A stretch of DNA of 64,000 bases, from the NCBI GenBank assembly GCA_963787835.1, contig CAWBEI010000002.1:1152001-1216000 (forward strand), read 5' to 3'. This DNA comes from Ignavibacteriota bacterium. Lineage in GTDB: Bacteria > Bacteroidota > Ignavibacteria > Palsa-1295. Below the pieces are notes generated by a model. It had not been told where the DNA came from and did not search any database. It saw only the letters and a program-made list of their open reading frames with translations. This document shows, piece after piece, positions 56,347 to 64,000 of the stretch (its first letter is position 1; each line of letters begins with the position of its first letter). The translations under genes and the position numbers were made by a program.

Positions 56347-56385
56347 CCCGAATAGGGCTTTTTATTTTAAAGAGTTTTATTCGGG
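56347..56385 (+). terminator. Expression-platform hairpin of the met leader
   Basis: CCCGAATAGGGCTTTT / AAGAGTTTTATTCGGG with G-U pairs; weak U tract. Confidence 0.55.
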
Positions 56386-56462
56386 ATCCCCTTTATTCTT
56401 TCATAAGAATAAGGCAGCGGAGCCGTCTCATGAATGTCCAACATTTTTGGATTATTACACAC

Positions 56463-57632
56463 ATGAGACAAGAAACACGAACCATCCTCGCGACCACCCA
56501 CACGGATTCCGAATACGGTTCCATCGGAACCCCACTCTATCAGACCTCTAACTTTCGCTTTCGGGAACCCGGAGTCTCCACAGGTTACGATTACACCCGC
56601 AGCGGGAACCCCACGCGCCACACGCTCGAAGAAGTCCTTGCCGATCTTGAAGGAGGGGCAAGGGCGGTAGCCGTTTCGACAGGCATGGCAGCCATCTCCA
56701 CTGTACTTTCGCATTTCGAGCAAGGTGCGCACATCATTTGCACGCACGATTGTTACGGTGGAACGGCACGTTTGCTGAAACTCTTCGAGGCTCAAGGCAA
56801 GATCGAAGTTTCCTTCGTAGATCTTGGGAACCTCGCTGCTGTTCGTGCGGAGATCAAACCGAACACTGCATGTCTTTGGATCGAAACGCCGAGTAATCCA
56901 CTCCTGCAAGTGGTAGATGTCGCCGCGCTTGCTAAACTTGCAAAAGTGTATGGACTTCTCGTTGTGGTCGATAATACATTTCTATCCCCATTCTTTTTTC
57001 GTCCGTTCGAAAGCGGTGCGGACGTCGTGGTTCACTCCACCACAAAATGGCTGAACGGGCATTCCGATGTTGTTGGCGGCGCGATCGTTTCGCGCACGTC
57101 AGAACTTGGCGAGCGGTTTCAATTTCTTGCCAATGCGCTGGGAACTACGACCGGTTCGTTCGATTCCTGGTTAGTGCTGCGTGGGATTAAGACGCTCGCC
57201 GTGCGCATGAAGCAGCATGAGCAGAATGCCATTGCCATTGCAAAATTTCTTCTTGACCATCCGCTTGTTAGTGAGGTCTATTATCCCGGTTTGGAATCAC
57301 ATCCAACACACGAGCTTGCAAAAGCGCAATTCTCAGGCTTTGGCGGAGTGATAAGTTTTCGAGTTATTGGAAACGTCAAGGATGTGCTTCGCTCGACCGA
57401 CATATTTTCCTTAGCTGAATCGCTCGGCGGAGTAGAATCCCTCATCGAGCATCCTGCCACGATGAGCCATGCTTCGATGGGCCCGGAACTTCGCGAACGA
57501 GCCGGAATTTCAGACGATCTGATTCGTATCTCGGTTGGTATCGAGCATGTGGATGATCTTATTGCAGATCTTGCAAAAGCCCTTAGCATCGTTCCCAAAT
57601 CGGAACCAATTGTGGAGGCCGTTGCATGTTGA
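56463..57632 (+). CDS. metB: Cystathionine gamma-synthase / trans-sulfuration PLP enzyme
   Basis: YDYTRSGNPTR, ETPSNP, HSTTKWLNGHSDV, SLGGVESL; start at MRQETR. Confidence 0.85.
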   Translation: MRQETRTILATTHTDSEYGSIGTPLYQTSNFRFREPGVSTGYDYTRSGNPTRHTLEEVLADLEGGARAVAVSTGMAAISTVLSHFEQGAHIICTHDCYGGTARLLKLFEAQGKIEVSFVDLGNLAAVRAEIKPNTACLWIETPSNPLLQVVDVAALAKLAKVYGLLVVVDNTFLSPFFFRPFESGADVVVHSTTKWLNGHSDVVGGAIVSRTSELGERFQFLANALGTTTGSFDSWLVLRGIKTLAVRMKQHEQNAIAIAKFLLDHPLVSEVYYPGLESHPTHELAKAQFSGFGGVISFRVIGNVKDVLRSTDIFSLAESLGGVESLIEHPATMSHASMGPELRERAGISDDLIRISVGIEHVDDLIADLAKALSIVPKSEPIVEAVAC

Positions 57633-58699
57633 CCGCACCAACAAGATCCATTTGCCTCGATGCGCCGTTCGCGCTCGAATGCGGAACACGGCTCCCGGGT
57701 ATCGATATTGCGTTCCAAACGTATGGCGAACTGAATGATGATCGATCGAACGCCGTGATCGTACTTCATGCACTCACCGGCTGGCCGGCAGCCCACGAAT
57801 GGTGGAGCGGTCTTATCGGCGAAGGGAAACTGCTCGATCCCTCAAAATATTTCATTATTGTTCCCAACTTACTTGGAAGCTGCTATGGCACGACCGGGCC
57901 AGAATCCATCGATCCCACGCGCGGCACCCACTATCTGGCATCGTTCCCTACGATCACCGTTCGCGATATGGCGCGAGCGAATCTTGCGTTGCTCGACCGG
58001 CTTGGAATAGAACATGTTCATCTCTCTATTGGCGGCTCGCTGGGCGGAATGGTCGTGCTCGAAATGGCGGTATTGGCACCATCTCGGTTTCGCGCTATTG
58101 CACCTATTGCTGTCAGTGGCTCTCATTCGGCGTGGCGCATTGCATTTAGCTCCTACATTCGAAAGGCGATCATTGCGCACGATCCATCGCTTCAGAACCG
58201 AACAAAACTTGTAGAAGGACTCCGGCTTGCCCGTCAGGTTGCCATGATAAGTTACCGTTCCGCCGCTGAGTTCGACGAGCGATTCGGGCGCGAAAAGAAA
58301 GAGCTGACCTTCGAAGTAGAAAACTATCTCGAACATCAGGGCGACAAGATCGCCGAGCGGTTCTCACCCTATTCCTATCTGACCTTAACACGAGCAATGG
58401 AACTATACGATCTCGCCGAAGGCCGTGGCTCACTAACAAATGTCGCAGCAGGCATCCCATGTGAATCGCTGTTCGTTGGCATCTCGTCCGATCTGCTCTA
58501 TCCCACAGAAGAGATCGAGCGCTTTGCTTCGCTATTCCCGAACGGCCGTTACGAGACGCTTCATGCCATTCACGGCCATGATTCATTCCTGGTCGATACC
58601 GAGCCGCTGGGAAAGATCCTTTCATCCTGGCTTCGCAGTATCCAGCCACGTCCCAATTATTCCAACGTCGAACATCGCTTTGAGGAGGTAGCAGCATGA
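57626..58699 (+). CDS. metX: Homoserine O-acetyltransferase
   Basis: HALTG, GSCYGTTGP, GGSLGG, HGHDSFL. Confidence 0.9.
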   Translation: MLTAPTRSICLDAPFALECGTRLPGIDIAFQTYGELNDDRSNAVIVLHALTGWPAAHEWWSGLIGEGKLLDPSKYFIIVPNLLGSCYGTTGPESIDPTRGTHYLASFPTITVRDMARANLALLDRLGIEHVHLSIGGSLGGMVVLEMAVLAPSRFRAIAPIAVSGSHSAWRIAFSSYIRKAIIAHDPSLQNRTKLVEGLRLARQVAMISYRSAAEFDERFGREKKELTFEVENYLEHQGDKIAERFSPYSYLTLTRAMELYDLAEGRGSLTNVAAGIPCESLFVGISSDLLYPTEEIERFASLFPNGRYETLHAIHGHDSFLVDTEPLGKILSSWLRSIQPRPNYSNVEHRFEEVAA

Positions 58700-59718
58700 G
58701 TATCAATAGTATAGAACGCGCTCCATCGGTTACAGGCAAGAAGCAGTTGCGACATCTTCGCGTTGCGCTGTTCGGGTTTGGCGTCGTGGGAACCGGTGTA
58801 TGGGAAGTATTGGAAGCCAAACGCACTACCTTTCGCCGCCAATTCGGGACGGAGATCGAGATCGCCGGTATTTGCGTCCGCGATGTCGAAAAGCCTCGCA
58901 TCACTACCGCCCCGCTTTCGCTCATTACGGACGTTCCGGAACGATTGCTGGAAGATGACTCCATCGATATTGTCATCGAGCTCATCGGCGGACGCTATGA
59001 GGCGGCCAACCTTATCGAACATGCGCTCGGAAGCCGGAAGCACGTCATCACCGCTAATAAAATGGTGCTGGCTCACGAACTGCCACGCCTTGCATCGCTC
59101 GCCGAGCGGCAGGGTGTGGAACTGCTCTATTCCGCTTCGGTCTGCGGAAGCGTTCCCGTGCTTGCCGCGCTGGATGAACTTCGCACCCGCGACACCATCC
59201 AAAAAATATCCGGCATCGTCAATGGCTCGACCAATTTTATTCTCACCATGATGAGCGATGAAGGCGTGAGCCTCGAAGCAGCAATGACCGAAGCCCGTGC
59301 GCGTGGATTTTTAGAAGCGGATCCTTCACTGGATGTTTCCGGAGCCGATGCCGCGCAAAAGCTTTCCGTACTTACGTACCATGCGTTTGGCGAGCATGTT
59401 CGCCCACATGAGATCGATACGACGGGCATCGAGAACATCACGATTGAGGACATCCGCACTGCCCACGAGTCCGGCGAAGCCATAAAGCTTATTGCCTCGG
59501 CGGCCCGGAACCTTGCAAGCGGAAAGATCGAAGCCGCAGTGCGCCCGCAGCGTATTCCGCTTTCGCACGTCTTCGCGCACACCCGCGATGAATTCAACGC
59601 GCTCGAAATTCAGGCGCTCCATGCCGGCCCCCAAGTCCTCTATGGCAAAGGCGCCGGAAGCCTGCCAACCGCCAGTGCCGTCGTCAGCGATCTGGTGTCG
59701 TTGCTGAAAGGAGAATAA
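58696..59718 (+). CDS. hom: Homoserine dehydrogenase
   Basis: GFGVVG, TANK, GIVNGSTNFIL, EADP..DV.G.DAA.K, GAG..PTA. Confidence 0.9.
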   Translation: MSINSIERAPSVTGKKQLRHLRVALFGFGVVGTGVWEVLEAKRTTFRRQFGTEIEIAGICVRDVEKPRITTAPLSLITDVPERLLEDDSIDIVIELIGGRYEAANLIEHALGSRKHVITANKMVLAHELPRLASLAERQGVELLYSASVCGSVPVLAALDELRTRDTIQKISGIVNGSTNFILTMMSDEGVSLEAAMTEARARGFLEADPSLDVSGADAAQKLSVLTYHAFGEHVRPHEIDTTGIENITIEDIRTAHESGEAIKLIASAARNLASGKIEAAVRPQRIPLSHVFAHTRDEFNALEIQALHAGPQVLYGKGAGSLPTASAVVSDLVSLLKGE

Positions 59719-59720
59719 TC

Positions 59721-59942
59721 TTCACCAGGAAATAGGTGCCATTTCTTTTTCTTGCTGAGTTCCCGATCGCCCTTGAATGCGAGCTGGATTCGCCATTTGT
59801 TGAAAAAGTTATCCACAAAACGCTTTCATGGGGAACTCGTTCATAACGAAACCTACCTACGCCCCACCGATTGTCAATGAACAGGACACCAACACTATTC
59901 CTACAGACACTTGGTGCCTATAGTCTCACACACCAATATACG
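59721..59942 (-). other. Unannotated conserved ~200-nt element, copy 2
   Basis: Reverse complement aligns in colinear blocks to 22465-22656. Confidence 0.7.
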
Positions 59943-59962
59943 ACAATTTTTAGCCCGCACAT

Positions 59963-60039
59963 AAAAAAGCCCCGGACGAACCAGGGCCAAGGCTTTCGCC
60001 TGTAGAATCATCTTTACTATGATGAGCTTTCAGATTGTT
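59963..60039 (-). ncRNA. tracrRNA
   Basis: Anti-repeat AACAAUCUGAAAGCUCAUCAUAGU pairs with the repeat 5' end GCUGUGAUCUGCUUUCAGAUUGUU; then AGGC-GAAA-GCCU hairpin and GCCCUGG/CCGGGGC-U6 terminator; 5' end approximate. Confidence 0.85.
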
Positions 60040-60088
60040 ATGGATGTGTACGAATTATTTCGTATTTTAGTTCTTCTTAATATGTAAT

Positions 60089-63000
60089 ATGGCTAAAACA
60101 TTAGGTCTCGACATTGGGACAACATCTATTGGATGGTGCCTCATGGAAGATAAGGTCCACATTGTCCGATCAGGAGTTAGGATTTTTCCGGTTGGTGTGC
60201 AGGAAGATAAATTCGCGAAAAGCAGCGTCGAAGAATCGAAAAATGCCGCTCGGCGAACAGCACGAGGGATTCGGCGGGGATATGACCGCTATAAATTGCG
60301 ACGTAAACAATTGCGCCGAGTTTTGCTTGAAATGAATATGCTCCCCGAGAGGCTTGAACTTCCCTCCGCACGGGCGCTCTATGAACTCCGAGTCCGTGGG
60401 CTCGATGAGAAGCTTGAACTCCGAGAGATCGGTCGAGTTTTGCTGCACCTGAATCAGCGTCGCGGTTTCTTGAGCAATCGAAAGACGGCTTTGAAAGATG
60501 GCGAAAAAGAACGAAGCGAGATTAAGCTCCAAATGAATGAACTCCGGCAGCGGGTTGCCGATTCAGGCCTACGCACGCTGGGCGAATTTTATCTTTCGCT
60601 ATACCATGCGAACGAGGCCATTGAGAATTGGCACAACCCAGATGAGCCGGTTGAAAGAATCCGTAAACGCTTCGTTCATCGGTCGATGTACGAGGAGGAA
60701 TTCGAAGCAATTTGGAATACTCAATCGAAATTTTATCCCGAAATTCTGACCGAAGAGCGTCGCCGCGAAATAAAAGAAAGGTGTATTTATTATCAGCGGC
60801 CTCTAAAATCTCAGAAAGGAAGGATCGGCAAATGTAGATTCGAACCGAAGAAGCGAGTCGCGCCGCGAAGCTCACTGCTTTTTCAGGAGTTCAGAATTTG
60901 GGAATCAATTAGCCGTATCCGAGTGACGGACAATAAGCGACATCTCGGACCGCTTACACTTGAGGAGAAGGAGATTCTAGCGGAAGTTCTTGCTGAAACA
61001 GACGAACTTACCCAGGCAAAAATAAAGACGCTCATCCGGCTCACTAAAGCTGCGTATCTTAATGACATTGACAAAGTCAAAGGAAATACCACCGCAGCAA
61101 AGATCATGAAGGTTATTGGGCAGGAAGCTTGGCACTTGCTGCCAGAAGATAAACGCGAGCATGTTTGGCACGTTCTCTATTTCGCGCCGGATGAAAGCTG
61201 GTTGAAAGAGTGGGGGAAAAAGAAGCTCGGCCTCACGGAAGAGCAAGCTGAAAAGTTCTCCGAAATTTCGCTCGAACCGGATTACTCGCGGATTAGCCAC
61301 AAGGCAATCAATAAAATGCTTCCCTTCCTCAAAAAAGGTATGGATTACTCCGAAGCAAGCAAAGCTGCAGGTTATCACCATTCGTTTGATGAAGAGACAC
61401 AAGGCAAGGATCGAGTTCTCGAAGATAAGATTATTCGGAAGCCCAACGATGAAATCGATCAACTCCGCAGCCCGCTTGTTATGCGTGCCCTTAGCGAAAC
61501 GGTTGCACTTGTCAATGCTGTAATTCAGGAAGAAGGAAGACCAGACCAAATACGTATTGAGTTCGCGCGCTCGATGAAGATGCCGAAGGATGTTCGTGAA
61601 AACATGCGGCGAAGTAATCTCGATAAAGAACGACAACGCGAAGAATATAGGGAGTTCCTTAAAAGGAAGATGGGATGGGCTGATGTTTCACGAAGTCAAA
61701 TTACAAAATTCGAACTTTGGCTCGAAATGGAGTTTGATGAGGAAGATTTGCGAAAGATTAATTCTTCAATCGATGTTGAGGAGTTTAGAAAATTCGTCGA
61801 TAGAATTAAGCCGTCGGATAAGCAGAAATATGAACTGTGGCTCCAATGCGGCAGGATTTCACCCTATACTGGAAAAATAATTCCGCTCGGGCGGCTTTTT
61901 AGTCCAGACATCGAGATCGAGCACATTGTACCTTATAGCAAATCATTCGACAATTCATTCCGAAACAAGACATTGTCCGAAAGGGAATTTAATGCTGCAA
62001 AGGGAAACGATACACCGATAAAGTATTTCGAAAAGCAGGGAGCCGAGGCCGTGCGTCATTTTAAAGAAAGGATAAAGTCGTTGCCCCGGATCAAGCAAGA
62101 GCGAATGCTTCAAGAAGAATTTGAAGAGTTCAGACCCGGAAGTATCGAAAGCACTGCATGGATTGCGAAGGAAGCCCGTAATATTTTACGCCGCGTGTGT
62201 CTGGATGTTCGAACTTCGGATGGACAGGTAACATCACTGTTGAGGAAATACTGGGGTCTCAATACAATTCTCAACAGCGAGGGCGAAAATGAAAAGGAAC
62301 GAAAGGATCATAGGCACCATGCTATCGATGCCTTCGTGATCGCAAACACTAATGATTGGTGGATCAACTTATTAAGCCAGTCGAGCGCATTCGATCCTCA
62401 TAGAAAACTCAGCGATAATATATTAGCAATTCTCCGCACACCGGCTGGTCGTGACCTTGTAAAGGCAGCGGGATTGGGAGAAGCCGTCGAACCTGATGAA
62501 GCCGATCCGCTGATGCTCCAGACTGCCAACCCAGCGACGGGCGAAATTTCTGCTGGCGGCATACCAGGCCCCTACCCCAACCATCGTCATGAATTGGAAA
62601 ATGTTCTTTCCAAAATGCTAATTTCCTACCGCAACGAAAAACGGTTGCTCTCTGCGAAAAAGAATAAGTACAGGTATTCTCATCCACACGGTGAGAAGAA
62701 GATCCAACGATCTATTGCAATTCGGGGGCCGCTTCATGCGGAATCGGTCTTCGGACAGATACAAAATTCCCACAAAAATGGAGAATTAGAATTTGTCATA
62801 AGAAAGCCGCTCGCGTCACTCGACAAAATGAAACAGGTTGAGAAAATTGTCGATCCGGCAATTCGGAAACTTGTTAAAGATCACATTGAGCGAAACGGAG
62901 GGGAATCTAAAATTAAGGATGCGGTGCAAAAGCCGCTCTTTATGATGAGCTTGAATGGCAAAAAACTCATTCCTATCCACAGTGTTCGCATGATCGAACC

Positions 63001-63466
63001 TGCGGAACAACTTATTCAACTACGGCCTAAAGAAAATCCAAAACTCTTTGTGGATTCAGGTTCGAATTATTGTATTGCTATTTATGAAGATCCAAATAGT
63101 AAAAAAAGAGAATCAGAAATCATCACGTTTTTTGTCGCAGCAAAACGTGCGGTAAACGGCGAGTCCGTTTTTGCGGAGTCTCGGAATGGTAAGCCCATTC
63201 TCATGACTTTGAGAATAAATGATATGATAGTTACTTATGATGGTCATCCTGATGAGATCAATTGGCAAGATCAAGAAAAATTATCGTCAAGGCTTTATAG
63301 AATCGTTAAATTGACTGGACCGACGATATATGGTTCTCTCCATAATTGGAGCGGCGTTAAGGTTGATTACCCTAAACAATATCCTGTCGGGGTTGTTTTA
63401 ACCAAAAGCTTCAATCTATTGAAAGCGGTAAAAGCTACCATTTCGCTCACTGGAAGAATATTCTAA
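60089..63466 (+). CDS. cas9: Type II-C CRISPR RNA-guided endonuclease Cas9 (1125 aa)
   Basis: RuvC-I LGLDIGTTSIGW, Arg-rich bridge helix, RuvC-II IEFAR, HNH EHIVPYS...N..K.N, RuvC-III HHAIDA. Confidence 0.95.
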   Translation: MAKTLGLDIGTTSIGWCLMEDKVHIVRSGVRIFPVGVQEDKFAKSSVEESKNAARRTARGIRRGYDRYKLRRKQLRRVLLEMNMLPERLELPSARALYELRVRGLDEKLELREIGRVLLHLNQRRGFLSNRKTALKDGEKERSEIKLQMNELRQRVADSGLRTLGEFYLSLYHANEAIENWHNPDEPVERIRKRFVHRSMYEEEFEAIWNTQSKFYPEILTEERRREIKERCIYYQRPLKSQKGRIGKCRFEPKKRVAPRSSLLFQEFRIWESISRIRVTDNKRHLGPLTLEEKEILAEVLAETDELTQAKIKTLIRLTKAAYLNDIDKVKGNTTAAKIMKVIGQEAWHLLPEDKREHVWHVLYFAPDESWLKEWGKKKLGLTEEQAEKFSEISLEPDYSRISHKAINKMLPFLKKGMDYSEASKAAGYHHSFDEETQGKDRVLEDKIIRKPNDEIDQLRSPLVMRALSETVALVNAVIQEEGRPDQIRIEFARSMKMPKDVRENMRRSNLDKERQREEYREFLKRKMGWADVSRSQITKFELWLEMEFDEEDLRKINSSIDVEEFRKFVDRIKPSDKQKYELWLQCGRISPYTGKIIPLGRLFSPDIEIEHIVPYSKSFDNSFRNKTLSEREFNAAKGNDTPIKYFEKQGAEAVRHFKERIKSLPRIKQERMLQEEFEEFRPGSIESTAWIAKEARNILRRVCLDVRTSDGQVTSLLRKYWGLNTILNSEGENEKERKDHRHHAIDAFVIANTNDWWINLLSQSSAFDPHRKLSDNILAILRTPAGRDLVKAAGLGEAVEPDEADPLMLQTANPATGEISAGGIPGPYPNHRHELENVLSKMLISYRNEKRLLSAKKNKYRYSHPHGEKKIQRSIAIRGPLHAESVFGQIQNSHKNGELEFVIRKPLASLDKMKQVEKIVDPAIRKLVKDHIERNGGESKIKDAVQKPLFMMSLNGKKLIPIHSVRMIEPAEQLIQLRPKENPKLFVDSGSNYCIAIYEDPNSKKRESEIITFFVAAKRAVNGESVFAESRNGKPILMTLRINDMIVTYDGHPDEINWQDQEKLSSRLYRIVKLTGPTIYGSLHNWSGVKVDYPKQYPVGVVLTKSFNLLKAVKATISLTGRIF

Positions 63467-63479
63467 GCGGTAGTTTAAC

Positions 63480-63593
63480 ATGATCTGCCGTACTCTTTAC
63501 TTCGGCAACCCCGCATACCTCTTGACGAAGGATAAGCAACTTGTCATTGCGCACCAGCTTGATTCGGTTAGTGATGAGAGGACGAGGGATTGA
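63480..63593 (+). pseudogene. cas1: Truncated cas1 (N-terminal stump)
   Basis: MICRTLYFGNPAYLLTKDKQLVI resembles the Bacteroidota type II Cas1 N-terminus; stop falls inside CRISPR repeat 1. Confidence 0.8.
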
Positions 63594-64000
63594 AACCATA
63601 GAACTCTAAAAAACAATCTGAAAGCGGATCACAGCCCATCGTTAGGTTCCTTTCGTGTCTAAATATTAAAACAATAGTACTCTAAAAAACAATCTGAAAG
63701 CAGATTACAGCTAAATTATGAAGCCTTCCGGCTCCGGCGGAGCATTAAAACCATAGAACTCTAAAAAACAATCGGAAAGCGGATCACAGCAACCAATTAA
63801 CTAAGGAGATGGAATAATGTATTAAAACCATAGAACTCGAAAAAACAATCTGAAAGCAGATCACAGCTTAGTTAGGGATTCCATGAACGCCCGACCAATT
63901 AAAACCATAGAACTCTAAAAAACAATCTGAAAGCAGATCACAGCAAGCGTGGAGCCGATCTGTGAGCGCACTCCATTAAAACCATAGAACTCTAAAAAAC
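63589..64000 (-). CRISPR. CRISPR array, 47-nt repeat, at least 6 repeats and 5 spacers (continues beyond window)
   Basis: Plus-strand consensus ATTAAAACCATAGAACTCTAAAAAACAATCTGAAAGCAGATCACAGC at 63589, 63665, 63744, 63821, 63898, 63975; spacers 29, 32, 30, 30, 30 nt; orientation from tracrRNA pairing. Confidence 0.97.

Noticed and set aside
56337-56462. Extended metB N-terminus
   Set aside because: Falls in the riboswitch expression platform; homology begins at MRQETR
58170-59202. Long minus-strand ORFs (271 aa and 181 aa)
   Set aside because: Antisense shadows of metX and hom with no motifs
63636-63974. Self-targeting spacers
   Set aside because: No long match noticed by eye (only a 9-mer AACTAAGGA near 22700, chance level); a proper BLAST is needed

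Overview
A 64-kb bacterial chromosomal segment, most likely from the Bacteroidota/Chlorobi/Ignavibacteria (FCB) group. This is inferred from T9SS C-terminal sorting domains, TAnnTTTG-like promoter elements and a Bacteroidota-type Cas9 with 47-nt repeats. It is mostly housekeeping: argC (partial), purT, tag, pntAB, uvrD-like helicase, egtB, rplM-rpsI-rpsB-tsf-pyrH-frr, clpC, a split carB, pgk, pyrG, gyrB, bshC, two tRNA-Arg genes, and a SAM-I riboswitch-controlled metB-metX-hom operon. The right end holds a compact type II-C CRISPR locus (tracrRNA, 1125-aa cas9, a 37-codon cas1 stump running into the array, no cas2 in the window). Main observations: (i) an unannotated ~200-nt element in two diverged copies, each divergently upstream of a defence-type gene (cas9; an AT-rich PD-(D/E)xK-like gene), with G-U/G-C variation supporting an RNA helix; (ii) transposase-less cassettes (four-helix-bundle and GxxExxY genes) flanked by inverted repeats and inserted in conserved operons, plus empty copies of their flanks; (iii) several REP-like families, some inserted in frame in uvrD and egtB; (iv) a riboswitch whose expression platform loops out ~140 nt. 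All calls come from reading the sequence; no searches were run.
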